Virus record (IMG/VR): IMGVR_UViG_3300036791_001355
Span: 11,506-75,505 of that record
DNA from: a virus
Strand: one strand, 5' to 3'
DNA: 64,000 nucleotides
Part shown: positions 26,065 through 35,702 of the stretch, piece after piece
Numbering within the stretch: the first letter of the stretch is position 1
Layout: each line of letters opens with the position of its first letter
The notes under the pieces: model-generated
Told to the model about the DNA's origin: nothing
Database searches by the model: none
Seen by the model: the letters and a program-made list of their open reading frames with translations, nothing else
Position numbers and translations under genes: made by a program

Positions 26065-27288
26065 ATGACCACGAAGAAAGAAGTGGCGACGGCGGCCCCT
26101 GTGGTTCCTGCCTTGCCAGAAGGTGCGACCAAGTCGGCTTCGCTGATCGACATCATGGCACCAGTGCTGGCGGCGCTTTTGCAGCGCGAGAATCCGAACA
26201 TGGATGCGGTGGACCGGGCCATGGCCATGGCCGAGCGGCTGGAGTTCGCGCGCCGGGAACAGGAGTTCAAACAGGCCTTCGCCGTTATGTGGCCCAAGCT
26301 GCCGCAGATCGCCAAGAAGGGTGACGCCAGCCTGGGCGGCAAGGGCGGCTACAAATACGTGCGCGAAGAAGACGTCATGGAGGAGTGCAAGCCGATCATG
26401 GAAGACCATGGTTTCGGCCTGTCCGCCCAGCCGGTCGAGCAGGATCTGAAGACGGGCACACTGACCATGGAAGTCGAACTGATTTTCCGGAATGGCTTTT
26501 CCAAGCGCGCGCGGATGAGCGGCTACGCCGATGCCGGACCCGGACGCAACGCGCTGCAGGCAATGGGCTCGGCCCAGACCTACCTGACCAAATACCTGAC
26601 TAAGGGCCTGCTGGCATTGGTCCAGAGAGGCGCCGACGACGACGGCAACCGGGTAGGCCTGCGGGAAAGCGGCGGCGACTATATGGGCAACGCCAAGACG
26701 CGCCCTGGCGGCAGCGGCAGCAGTGACCGGCTGAATACCCCGCCCCAGGATCTGCCCGGCGACCAGCCAGCCCCACCGCCGCCCAAGGCCAAGGCGGCCG
26801 CAGCGCAGTGGATCGACCCCGATGGCATCGTGCATGACAACGCCAAGGCATGGTCGCTGGCCTTCAACGAGCACTGGGCGATGGCCAGCCCGGAGGAGCG
26901 GCTGGAACTGCACGAGGAGTATGGCGCCACCCTGCTGGCGGCCCGCAGCGCTGACCGCGAAGCGGCAGTCATCCTGGCGGGGGTGGAGAACAGACGCGAC
27001 CAGAGCGAGACCGAATCGGGACCGACAGATTCGCCCGACTCGAAGCCCGACTCGGCCAAGCTCAGCGACGATGAACAATGGGCCGGAAGAGTGCCCGACG
27101 TGTTGAAACGCCTGCCCAGGACCAACGAAGGCCGCGTGAATTTCGCCAAGCTGCTGCAAGAAGCCACGGCCAGGATGCAACGGCTCAAGAAAGCCAGCCC
27201 CACGGTCTACGAACAGACCCGGGCAAAGTTCACGGCGACCAGCGAGAGGATAGATTTCGCCCCCGCCAACAAAAGGGCGACACCGTGA
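26065..27288 (+). CDS. erf: Erf-family ssDNA annealing protein
   Basis: LPQIAKKG...YKY..EEDV...KPIM..HGF, QAMGSAQTYLTKY...DDDG; follows Gp157. Confidence 0.85.
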   Translation: MTTKKEVATAAPVVPALPEGATKSASLIDIMAPVLAALLQRENPNMDAVDRAMAMAERLEFARREQEFKQAFAVMWPKLPQIAKKGDASLGGKGGYKYVREEDVMEECKPIMEDHGFGLSAQPVEQDLKTGTLTMEVELIFRNGFSKRARMSGYADAGPGRNALQAMGSAQTYLTKYLTKGLLALVQRGADDDGNRVGLRESGGDYMGNAKTRPGGSGSSDRLNTPPQDLPGDQPAPPPPKAKAAAAQWIDPDGIVHDNAKAWSLAFNEHWAMASPEERLELHEEYGATLLAARSADREAAVILAGVENRRDQSETESGPTDSPDSKPDSAKLSDDEQWAGRVPDVLKRLPRTNEGRVNFAKLLQEATARMQRLKKASPTVYEQTRAKFTATSERIDFAPANKRATP

Positions 27289-27596
27289 GCGCCCCGATGA
27301 CGGACGAACAGCTGGGCTCGCTGCTGCGCGGCGAGAAACAGCTCCAGGCGCGGCACCTGAAGCTCTTGGCCATCCTGCCGCCGGGCGGGCTCTCGGTACA
27401 GGATGCCGCCCATGCCATGCGGATCAGCACGCCATGGGCTAGCCGCACCGCGACACTGCTGGTCAGGCACGGCTATATCAAGCGCATGGAAGGCGAGGAT
27501 GACCGCCGGGTGGCGTACCTGACGCCGACGCCCTCTGGGCTGGCGCTGGCGGCCCGTGTCACCGTGGTATCACGCTCACGGCGGAGTGCCGCGTGA
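27285..27596 (+). CDS. MarR-type winged-helix regulator
   Basis: SVQDAAHAMRISTPWASRTATLLVRHGYIKR....DRRVAYLTPTPSG. Confidence 0.8.
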   Translation: MSAPMTDEQLGSLLRGEKQLQARHLKLLAILPPGGLSVQDAAHAMRISTPWASRTATLLVRHGYIKRMEGEDDRRVAYLTPTPSGLALAARVTVVSRSRRSAA

Positions 27597-27620
27597 ACGA
27601 CGCGAAGGAGCGTCTTGGCG

Positions 27621-27824
27621 ATGCCTGACCTGCTCAAGATCTCCCTGGAGGACATGGCGGCGGAGGTGGCGCGGGAATGTGGCCTGCGCCGCAAGGTTTA
27701 TCCGCGCATGGTCCACACCGGGCGCCTCAAGTCCGACCGGGCGGAGCGGCAGATGGAGGTGATGGAGGCGGCGGCCGACTATCTGCGCGAGCAGGCCGAC
27801 GCCGAGAGGAAGGGCCATGGTTGA
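27621..27824 (+). CDS. conserved phage protein
   Basis: EVARECGLRRKVYPRMV..GRL...AERQMEVMEA. Confidence 0.7.
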   Translation: MPDLLKISLEDMAAEVARECGLRRKVYPRMVHTGRLKSDRAERQMEVMEAAADYLREQADAERKGHG

Positions 27825-28029
27825 CGTGGTGGTGGAGCTCCAGCGCGTTCTCGACGAGGTCGCGGCGCTGCGGCAGCGGCTGACGCCCGGCGACGTGCTG
27901 GCGCTGCTCGAGGTGAAGCGGAGAGAAGCGCTGGAGGAAGCGGCGCGGGTCGTGGAAAGTTACGGCTACGGACGGTCGCACGGCTACGAACTTGCCGCCG
28001 CCATCCGCGCGCTGAAGGACAAACCATGA
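27817..28029 (+). CDS. hypothetical protein with EALEEAA...AAAIRALK tail
   Basis: overlap packing; C-terminus shared with the next gene. Confidence 0.6.
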   Translation: MVDVVVELQRVLDEVAALRQRLTPGDVLALLEVKRREALEEAARVVESYGYGRSHGYELAAAIRALKDKP

Positions 28030-28316
28030 GCGCAGTGGTGACGGAGCTGCGCCACTGGCTCAATCAGGGCGTATGTCCGCCGCTGCAATTGGTGCGCTGC
28101 GCTGTCACCGAGATTGAGGCGCTGCGGCAAGAGTTAGAGCTTCGCAGCAGCGCCGAGTTCGTGGCGGCCAATGAATTGACGCAGGCCCGCGCCGAGGCGC
28201 TGGAGGAGGCGGCGAAGGTGTGCGAGCAGTTCAGCCCCGCTCACGGCGATGACAATTGGCGGCCTCAGTCCGAGAGATACGCCGCCGCCATTCGGGCGCT
28301 GAAGGAGAAGCCGTGA
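28026..28316 (+). CDS. hypothetical protein with EALEEAA...AAAIRALK tail
   Basis: ATGA overlap; C-terminus shared with the previous gene. Confidence 0.6.
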   Translation: MSAVVTELRHWLNQGVCPPLQLVRCAVTEIEALRQELELRSSAEFVAANELTQARAEALEEAAKVCEQFSPAHGDDNWRPQSERYAAAIRALKEKP

Positions 28317-28768
28317 TGCCGCGTCGCCGGGATCGCGCTGTCGGGTGGTGTGTCTATGTGCTGCTCGATCTGGCGGGCGTGCCCCGCTATGTCGGCATGA
28401 CCACCAATCTGGATCATCGCATCGCCCAGCATCGGCAGACTGGCGGTCGATTCAAACGATCCAGGCAATACCACCAAGATCTCGTAGCGTTTTGCAAGAA
28501 TGGTTTCCGGATCGGCGTGTTTGCGCGCGGATTGACTGAGGCAGAGGCAAGCAATTACGAAGAAATGCTGATCGACCTGTTTGGTAGAACGTGGGACGAG
28601 ACCGGATCTTTATATAACCGTGTAAAGGGAGGTAGATACGCCGGCGGCGCTTATGCTCCACTTTGTCCGCCGAGGGTTATTGATGACTGGCTGGCAGCCC
28701 CCGGCAATGCGGCTTGGGAGCTTGAACGTAAAAAGTATTTACACCAAGCCGGCAAGGAAACGGATTAA
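28316..28768 (+). CDS. GIY-YIG endonuclease
   Basis: VYVL...RYVGMT.NL..R..QH, E..LI, LYN..KGG; lower GC; TGATG coupling. Confidence 0.8.
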   Translation: MPRRRDRAVGWCVYVLLDLAGVPRYVGMTTNLDHRIAQHRQTGGRFKRSRQYHQDLVAFCKNGFRIGVFARGLTEAEASNYEEMLIDLFGRTWDETGSLYNRVKGGRYAGGAYAPLCPPRVIDDWLAAPGNAAWELERKKYLHQAGKETD

Positions 28769-28811
28769 CTCCTCTGGAATCAAACGGTTACATTTCGGAA
28801 CAGAAATTGCA
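28728..28811 (+). promoter_or_regulatory. sigma54-type promoter with IHF site and upstream palindrome
   Basis: GTAAA-N5-TTTAC (28728-28742); AATCAAACGGTTA matches WATCAANNNNTTR (28778-28790); TCGGAACAGAAATTGCA has GG-N10-GC (28797-28810). Confidence 0.7.
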
Positions 28812-28846
28812 TATGTGTCCCCGTGAACACAGAGGACCACACCGCC

Positions 28847-29497
28847 ATGAAACAGCTCCTTCTCGCCAGCGCCGTGACGCTGGCGATCCCGCTCGGCGCC
28901 GCTGCCGCGCCGAATGAGATCATCAACTTCGCCGGCCCGCTATCCAGCGACTTCATCGCCACCAACCCGACCAGCACCTCGACGGCGCTGTCGGTCAACA
29001 ACGTCAACGTCACCATCAGCGGCCTGTTCGGCAACCCGTCCGTGACCAGCGGGGTGATGAACCTCAGCGCGGTCAACACCGATGCGGCAACGAATGTGAC
29101 CGGATTTGCCATTCAGCACTACAATGGGAGTTTCAGCATCACCAACGGGGGTGCGGTTAACTACCTCTCGGGCACCTTCACCGACGCGGCATTCGGCGCC
29201 CTCGGCGGCGATGGATTGACGGTAAATGTAACAAATCCACCGGAGTCGTTAACATTGACTTCCAGCGTCATCCCGGCCAGCGACCTCGTGCCACCGACGG
29301 CGTTCGACCTTTCCATGAGCGCGGTCAACCCACCGTTGACGATTGCCAACGGCACCATCCAGGCATTCGCCGCCAGCTTCACGGGCGACGCCTCGGCTAA
29401 CGTGGCGACAGGAGTGCCCGAGCCGGCCTCGCTCGCCATCCTCGGCACCGGCCTGCTGGGCCTTGGCTTCGTCATGAGGAGGAACCATCGTGCGTAA
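28847..29497 (+). CDS. PEP-CTERM sorting domain protein
   Basis: signal peptide MKQLLLASAV...AAA; C-terminal VPEPASLAILGTGLLGLGFVMRRNHRA. Confidence 0.92.
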   Translation: MKQLLLASAVTLAIPLGAAAAPNEIINFAGPLSSDFIATNPTSTSTALSVNNVNVTISGLFGNPSVTSGVMNLSAVNTDAATNVTGFAIQHYNGSFSITNGGAVNYLSGTFTDAAFGALGGDGLTVNVTNPPESLTLTSSVIPASDLVPPTAFDLSMSAVNPPLTIANGTIQAFAASFTGDASANVATGVPEPASLAILGTGLLGLGFVMRRNHRA

Positions 29498-30125
29498 TCT
29501 TCTTCTCGGTACAGTCGTCCTGGCCGGTTTCGTCGGTCCAGCCTACGCGGCGGCCTCGCTCGGTCCCGACGCCGCCACCGAAGGCCTGACCTACACGCTG
29601 ACGGAAACCAGCACCTCCGGTCTGATGGCCAGTTTCGAACTACAGATTACCGGCGCCAACACCGCCAGTGACACAATTGGCGGCAGAACCGGAATAAACG
29701 CCATCGCCTTCACCAACCCGACCGGTGGCCTTGCTACTGCCGTGATGACCTCGCCGGCCGGCTACAACTTCGTCCCGGGCGGCCTGAACAGCACAGGATG
29801 CAACGGCAACGGTGGTTTCTTCTGCTTCGACAATTTAGCCATCCCGCCGACGCCCACTACTTTGGTCAGTGGCACGCAGACGCTCGATTTCACGGCGACG
29901 CTGAATGCCGGCGGCTCTTGGAGCGGCTACAGCCCCGATTTCAAGATCGACTGGGTGGGCCGGCAGAACAACTACAGCCTCGTTTCCGAGGCGATACCAG
30001 TTAATATGGGCGGTGGACCGCCGCCGCCTCCGCCTCCCCCGCCGCCGCCGATCCCGGAGCCGGCCTCGATGCTGGTGCTGGCGAGCGCGCTGGCAGCACT
30101 GGGGGTAATCCGTCGTCGCCGCTAA
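29490..30125 (+). CDS. PEP-CTERM sorting domain protein
   Basis: signal peptide MRNLLLG...PAYA; poly-Pro linker; IPEPASMLVLASALAALGVIRRRR. Confidence 0.92.
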   Translation: MRNLLLGTVVLAGFVGPAYAAASLGPDAATEGLTYTLTETSTSGLMASFELQITGANTASDTIGGRTGINAIAFTNPTGGLATAVMTSPAGYNFVPGGLNSTGCNGNGGFFCFDNLAIPPTPTTLVSGTQTLDFTATLNAGGSWSGYSPDFKIDWVGRQNNYSLVSEAIPVNMGGGPPPPPPPPPPPIPEPASMLVLASALAALGVIRRRR

Positions 30126-30169
30126 GGCGCAAACAACTCCTGGCTTAGCTCCTGTTTGCCAGGACACTC

Positions 30170-30203
30170 GGGGGGCGAAAGCCATGATCGCCCCCCTCTT
30201 TTT
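30170..30203 (+). terminator. intrinsic terminator after the PEP-CTERM genes
   Basis: GGGGGGCGA/TCGCCCCCC stem then TCTTTTT. Confidence 0.8.
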
Positions 30204-30216
30204 GCCGCTGGATAGC

Positions 30217-30244
30217 AAAAACCCCCCGCCTCGACAGCGGGGGG
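30217..30244 (-). terminator. intrinsic terminator of the late operon
   Basis: CCCCCCGC/GCGGGGGG stem then T5 on the minus strand, directly after the last stop. Confidence 0.8.
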
Positions 30245-30517
30245 CTATTCCTTCGGCGGCAGCGGGCGGCTGGCGGCAATCAGCGCCAGGATCGCCGTCA
30301 GCAGTTCAGTCATGATCTCGCGCACATTGTTGCCGAGATTGCCGCACGCCCCGTCCGGCTGCGGCAGGTCAGACCGCGCCACGTAATTCCACACGCAGCC
30401 GACCACGGCGACCATCGTCTCGCCCATGGCGATGCAGACGACGACCGCCAGCAACAGGAAACAGGCACGGACGATATCGAACGGCCGCCTGGGCGGCGGC
30501 TCTCGCGGCTCCGTCAC
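30245..30517 (-). CDS. small two-TM membrane protein (holin candidate)
   Basis: two hydrophobic segments; last gene of the late operon. Confidence 0.5.
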   Translation of the reverse strand: MTEPREPPPRRPFDIVRACFLLLAVVVCIAMGETMVAVVGCVWNYVARSDLPQPDGACGNLGNNVREIMTELLTAILALIAASRPLPPKE

Positions 30518-30587
30518 GCGTCGTCAACGGGATCAGGCGGCAGAAGGGGTCACTGGCTGTCCCTCCTGCCGCTGCGGGCTTACTCCC

Positions 30588-31184
30588 TTACTTGCTGGGA
30601 GTCGGCACGCCAGGATGGCTCTCGCTCGGCACGATGGCCATCGCCCAGCCCGCCTCGGGTGTCCAGTAGGCGATGACGTCCCAGTTTTCCAGCGGCTTCG
30701 GATCTGGCTTGCCGCCCTCACCCGGGGGCAAGGCGATAGGATGCGTCGGGCGCGGCGGGTACACCACGGGCGGCAGCGGAATCACGATGGGATGCTCGGG
30801 CCTTGCGTCAGGCGGCCAGATTTCCGGCGGCAGGACAATCGGGTGAGATGGGTAGCCCGGCACGGCCGGGGGCGGAATGACTATCGGGTGCTCGGGGTGG
30901 ACCCCATCAATGAAACCGGGCGGCAGGACGATGGGATGGGTCGGAAACCCTGGAATATAGATGGGATGGGTCGGCACCCCGGGTGCCCCGCCGGGAGCAA
31001 TGGGATGCGCCGGATACGGCGGCAGGGAGCCTGGACCGCCCGAGATAACCGGCGGCCAGTAGATTGGGTGGGTCGGCGTCCCGCCGCCGCCGTCACCGCC
31101 ACCACCGGGCGGCAGGATCGGTCCCTGGTAGACTTCGGGGATATGAATCTTGCCGACGAAGACAGCATCCAATACTGGCATCAT
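30588..31184 (-). CDS. Pro-rich repeat protein (PxHPI repeats)
   Basis: eight PTHPI/PAHPI/PEHPI/PSHPI units; GGGAG RBS. Confidence 0.75.
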   Translation of the reverse strand: MMPVLDAVFVGKIHIPEVYQGPILPPGGGGDGGGGTPTHPIYWPPVISGGPGSLPPYPAHPIAPGGAPGVPTHPIYIPGFPTHPIVLPPGFIDGVHPEHPIVIPPPAVPGYPSHPIVLPPEIWPPDARPEHPIVIPLPPVVYPPRPTHPIALPPGEGGKPDPKPLENWDVIAYWTPEAGWAMAIVPSESHPGVPTPSK

Positions 31185-31261
31185 AAGTCTCCCAAATTGT
31201 TGCGGAAAAGCACGGGTCGGGATGCGGAGGAGCGCAGGCTGCTTCTGCGGTCGGCAAAAGC

Positions 31262-31660
31262 CTAGCCCATCAGGGGCGAGACGACCATGGTCAAGTCTCT
31301 GATAAACAATCGGCCCATGATCGTCTTATTCACCGTCAAGACGAGCCGGTACTGCACCCCCGCCGCACTGGCTGGGGCATAGAAGCCCGCCGTCACCACC
31401 AGTCCGGAACTATCCACCGACAGCGGCCAGTTGGCCCCGGCCAGCATCAGATCGGCCGAGGTCATCGGCTGCCCGTCCGAACGCGAGATGCCGAGAGTCA
31501 CCGCCGAGGCGGACGGAATCGCGTCGCCCGCCGCGCCGAGATCGGGCGTGGTATCTATATAGCGCCCGTCGATCTCGCCCGCGCGCATGGCCGGCACCTG
31601 TACCGGCGCGGGCTGAATCACGGAGTAGGTGCAGGCCACGGAAGAACTCACGTCGCGCAA
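31262..31660 (-). CDS. hypothetical virion-associated protein
   Basis: TTG start; beta-rich; in the late operon. Confidence 0.55.
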   Translation of the reverse strand: MRDVSSSVACTYSVIQPAPVQVPAMRAGEIDGRYIDTTPDLGAAGDAIPSASAVTLGISRSDGQPMTSADLMLAGANWPLSVDSSGLVVTAGFYAPASAAGVQYRLVLTVNKTIMGRLFIRDLTMVVSPLMG

Positions 31661-31715
31661 CGGAGTGAAGCGACCCTCCGCCCTCCGGTAGTCATTTCGC
31701 TACGCTTCATGACGG

Positions 31716-34007
31716 TCATACCAGCACCTCCACGCGGGTCATGGGATAGAGCTTCACCCCGATGGTCGCCGTCTGCCGATAGCTGTAGGCAACGCTGACC
31801 CGGGCCTCGCCGTTGATGGCGACGGCGTCATAGACCGGCGGCGCAGCGGGATACAGCACCATGCTGCAGACACCGTTGATTGTCGTCCGCGCCAGCACCC
31901 GCAGCCCTGGCGCCACGGCCACGCCGCTCTGCCCGGCGATGAGGGCAGTGGCGAACAGGGTGGTGGCGGTGGTGACGTGGCCGCTGCCGGCGATGACAAC
32001 GCCGGGGGCCAGCACGGCGGTGACGGCGACGCTCACCCCGGCCGTGCCGGCGATCTGCAGCGCGGCCAGAGCGGAGAGGTTGGCACTGACGCTGCCCTGG
32101 CCCGCGATCACGGCAGGCCTGACCGGCACAGTCAGGGCGGCGCTGGCAGCGACGCTGCCGAGGCCCGCGACCGGCGTGCTGGCGGTCGTGCTCACGCTGG
32201 CCGCCGCGCTGACGCTGCCGCTGCCGCCGAGGGCGAGGACGGCGGGCCGGTAGGTGGCCACGGAGGTGACACCGACGGTGCCCTGGCCGGTGACGAAAAC
32301 CGAGGCGGACGGGGCCACAAAGGCCGCCGCCACACTGGCCACGCCCGCCACCGTGGCGCCGCTGCTGAGCCGCGACGAGGCGCTGGCGGTGACACTGCCG
32401 AGACCCGCCATGGGGACGCTGGCGAGCAGCGTAAAGCCAGGGAGCGCCATACCTGAGAGGCCGCTGATGCCGCTGCCGGCAGCCAGCACGAGCGAGGCCG
32501 AGGCGGCGACGCTCCCCGCCCCGGTCAGCAGCGCCGAGCCGGCCTGTGGCGCCCCGGCCGAGGCAGCGGTGGCGACGACGGTGGCGAGGCCGCCGAGCGG
32601 TGCCGTGGCGCGCGCCAGCACGCCGGCGGCGACGGCAAGCTGTCCGCTGCCCGCGCTCGGCGCCGAGGCGGGCCGGATCGGACCGGCGGCAGCGGTTACG
32701 CTGGCAATCCCGGCAAGGGCGAAGCTGCCGGCGGCCAGCAGAAGCGTGGCGGCGACCGTGACGCCGCCACTGCCCTGGATCGGCGGGGCGACACTGGCGA
32801 CCGCCCTGACGATGGCGGCGGCGGCCACAGTGCCGACGCCGCTGAGGGTGGCCGACGACACCGGCGGCCCGACGGCCGCCACCTTGAGGCCGACCTGGGC
32901 GGTGTACCATGTCGTGTTGTTGGTACTGCCAGAGGTGAAGGTGGCGGTGGTGCTGCCCGCCGACGACGTGGTGCGATCCTCGGTCGAGGCGGCAAAGCCG
33001 ATGGAACTGCTGGGCAGCCGTCCGGCCCAGCCGGTGCCAGCACTGGTGGGCGGGATGTTGAAGTAGGTCAGCCCGGCCGCCCATTGAATGTTAGTGGCAT
33101 TGGTCGACGTCAGCGCCCCGGACGTGACGGCGTCCGTGGTGATGTTGTTCATGCCGGTCTGGAAGTTCTGCAGGTGGGTATCGAGGGCGGAGACGCCCTG
33201 ATATTCATCGCAGCCGCAGGTCTGGCTGGCCCAGCCGCTGCCCGCCAGGGTGATGGTCTGCGGATTGCCGGTGACGTTGGCGCGGGAGAAGACGACGTAG
33301 GAGCAGTTCTCGCCCGTGGCGGCGTCGTAATAGCTCTGCACGACGCTGTAGCTGTTGCCCTTGTCGTCGGTGATGCCGGTCAGGTTGGCGACGGTGCCGA
33401 TCCAGGCGGCAAAGCCGATGATCAGGTTGCCGGACCCGACCGGGTGGGTCAGCGCCAGCGGAATGGTGGCGGCACTGCCGCCGGTATAGACCACCGTCTG
33501 CACCCAGGTCGGCCCGGGCGGCGGCGTGGTGGTGTAGACGAGATCACAGCCGACATACTGGAAATTGCTGGCGGTGGTGATGCTGGTGGGCGGATCGACC
33601 GTCGAGTAGCACGACACCGCATTGGTGAAATCGGCCGAGGTGGTGCCGGTGGCGTTGTTGTCGCTCCACGGCGCGTTGCCCGATGAAGCCGGCATGTGCG
33701 CCAGCACCGCGTAGCTGGAGGCGCCGTTCAGCAGCACGGGGGTGCTGAGGGGGACGTAGGCGAACGTGCCGGCGGTGCCGGCGCTGAGATTAACCGTCAC
33801 CTGAGCCAGATTCGCCAGCACGGTGGTACCGGCCGTGCGCAGCAGGGCGACGTCGCGGTTGCCGGTCGCGCCCGGCATCACGTAGGTGCCGATCTGCGTC
33901 ACCCACAGGCCGGTATGGGTGGCGGCCGGCGTGATTTGGCCGCCGACCCAGAATGGCCCGTCGTTGCGGGCGGTGCCCGGGGTAAAGGTGGCGACCATGT
34001 TGGCCAT
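31716..34007 (-). CDS. large Ala/Gly/Ser/Thr-rich virion protein (N-terminal globular domains plus GxGxVxA repeats)
   Basis: start MANMVATF by TGATG coupling; repeated IxGxGSVxAxA units in the C-half. Confidence 0.7.
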   Translation of the reverse strand: MANMVATFTPGTARNDGPFWVGGQITPAATHTGLWVTQIGTYVMPGATGNRDVALLRTAGTTVLANLAQVTVNLSAGTAGTFAYVPLSTPVLLNGASSYAVLAHMPASSGNAPWSDNNATGTTSADFTNAVSCYSTVDPPTSITTASNFQYVGCDLVYTTTPPPGPTWVQTVVYTGGSAATIPLALTHPVGSGNLIIGFAAWIGTVANLTGITDDKGNSYSVVQSYYDAATGENCSYVVFSRANVTGNPQTITLAGSGWASQTCGCDEYQGVSALDTHLQNFQTGMNNITTDAVTSGALTSTNATNIQWAAGLTYFNIPPTSAGTGWAGRLPSSSIGFAASTEDRTTSSAGSTTATFTSGSTNNTTWYTAQVGLKVAAVGPPVSSATLSGVGTVAAAAIVRAVASVAPPIQGSGGVTVAATLLLAAGSFALAGIASVTAAAGPIRPASAPSAGSGQLAVAAGVLARATAPLGGLATVVATAASAGAPQAGSALLTGAGSVAASASLVLAAGSGISGLSGMALPGFTLLASVPMAGLGSVTASASSRLSSGATVAGVASVAAAFVAPSASVFVTGQGTVGVTSVATYRPAVLALGGSGSVSAAASVSTTASTPVAGLGSVAASAALTVPVRPAVIAGQGSVSANLSALAALQIAGTAGVSVAVTAVLAPGVVIAGSGHVTTATTLFATALIAGQSGVAVAPGLRVLARTTINGVCSMVLYPAAPPVYDAVAINGEARVSVAYSYRQTATIGVKLYPMTRVEVLV

Positions 34008-35647
34008 CACACGGTCTCCGTCGTCGGGGCCGGCATCACACCGCGCGGCAGCGGCGCCAGTTCGCCGCCCCGCTCCAGCGGCGCCAGCGGGATGCCACGG
34101 GCCACCGGCGGCAGATCCGTCTCGCGCGCGACAGGTGCCAGCGGTACGCCACGCGGCATGTCTTCCAGTTCCACGCTGCGCTGGCACGGCGCCAGCCTGA
34201 TGCCTTTGACGGTGATCTGGTCATAGGTCTCGGCCACGGCGAGCGCGGCGGTGCCGTCGATGCGAACGGCGGCGGTGAAGGTCTGGCCCTGGTACCACGT
34301 CAGACTGCCCTGGCCGCCGATCAGGCTGCGCCCTGGCAGGGCCACGCCAGCGGGCAGGAGCACAGACCCCACCCCGGGCAGCGCCGCCCTGACGGCCATC
34401 CTGAGGGCTGCCAGCCGCAGGTCCACCAGCACGCCGCCATGGATGGCGACCGAGGCTTCCTGGCTCAGGGAGGCGAAGAGGTTGCCGTAGCCCCACACCG
34501 GGATGGGCTGGGCCAGGAAGCGCGCCACCGGCCGCGCCACGAGGCTGCCCTGGCCAGGGATGGCGACGTACGCGGCGCTGCGGCACTGCGCGGTGACCGC
34601 AAGCGTGCCCTGGCCGCTGATGAGCGAGACAGCGGCGAACAGCCGTGCCGGGGGGGCAACGGCAACGCTGCCGGTGCCGCCGATGACGGCACTGGCCGGG
34701 CGCTGCGGGATGACGACGACGGCGACGCTGCCGTTACCGCCGATAGCGACCCGGGCCGCTGCCAGCACGGTGGCGGCGACGGCGACATTGCCGGTGCCGG
34801 CAATAAGGCAGCGAGGACCGAGGAAAGCAGCAGCGGGAGCGCCGACGCTGCCCGCGCCCGCGATAGTGCAGACGGCAGCCAGTTGCCGGCTGGCGGTGAC
34901 GCTGACGGTGGCCCGGCCGAGGGCGAGGTACCACGCCGTGCAGAACTGCGTGGTGGCGACGCTGAGGCTGCCGACGCCGTCGATCTCGGCGCTGAGAGAC
35001 CGCAGCGGAGTGGCCGCCACCGTGACGCCGCCGACGCCGTCGATCTCGGCGCTGGCGGGCCTTTGTGGGATCGTATCGACGGCGATGCCGCCGACCCCCC
35101 CGATGGCGCAAGCGGCAGGCCAGACGGTGCCCGTAAAAGCGGCGGCGAGGACGAAGCCTTCACCGGGCAGCCGGGCAGTGGCGCCCAGCAGGCCGGTGAC
35201 AGGAGCGAGGCTGACGCTGGCGGCACCGCCGATGCTCGCCGCACCCGCCAGCCTGAGCGAGGCCTGGACCGAGACGCTGCCGCTGCCGGCGATGCTGATG
35301 TACGGGAGGGCGACGTAGGTGCTGCGAGTGGTGACGCTGCCGACACCGCTGATCTGCGCCGAGACCTGCAGCCCGGTGCCTTCGTGCACCGAGACGGCGG
35401 CAACGCCGTCGATCTCGACGCTGGCACCGGCGATGACGTTGACGCTGAGACGAAGCTTCTCCCAGTCGCCGCCGACCGTGCCGCTGCCGTTATCCCAGAC
35501 GAGGGTGGTGTTCCACAGGTAGCGCGGCGCGTTCCAGACCTCGCCCGCGCCATGGATGGCAGCGCTGGGGCCAGCGCTGAACTGCGGCTCGGCGACGCTG
35601 ACGCTGCCCCCGGTGTCGATGCGTACGCGGGCCAGGAACCACGCCAT
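34007..35647 (-). CDS. Ala/Gly/Val-rich repeat virion protein
   Basis: many IxGxGxVxV repeats, e.g. duplicated SAEIDGVG. Confidence 0.7.
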   Translation of the reverse strand: MAWFLARVRIDTGGSVSVAEPQFSAGPSAAIHGAGEVWNAPRYLWNTTLVWDNGSGTVGGDWEKLRLSVNVIAGASVEIDGVAAVSVHEGTGLQVSAQISGVGSVTTRSTYVALPYISIAGSGSVSVQASLRLAGAASIGGAASVSLAPVTGLLGATARLPGEGFVLAAAFTGTVWPAACAIGGVGGIAVDTIPQRPASAEIDGVGGVTVAATPLRSLSAEIDGVGSLSVATTQFCTAWYLALGRATVSVTASRQLAAVCTIAGAGSVGAPAAAFLGPRCLIAGTGNVAVAATVLAAARVAIGGNGSVAVVVIPQRPASAVIGGTGSVAVAPPARLFAAVSLISGQGTLAVTAQCRSAAYVAIPGQGSLVARPVARFLAQPIPVWGYGNLFASLSQEASVAIHGGVLVDLRLAALRMAVRAALPGVGSVLLPAGVALPGRSLIGGQGSLTWYQGQTFTAAVRIDGTAALAVAETYDQITVKGIRLAPCQRSVELEDMPRGVPLAPVARETDLPPVARGIPLAPLERGGELAPLPRGVMPAPTTETV

Positions 35648-35702
35648 GCCTCAGGCCTCCCGGGAGCGAGGTTTCGAGCGACCCTCCCTGGGCGCGGTGG
35701 GG

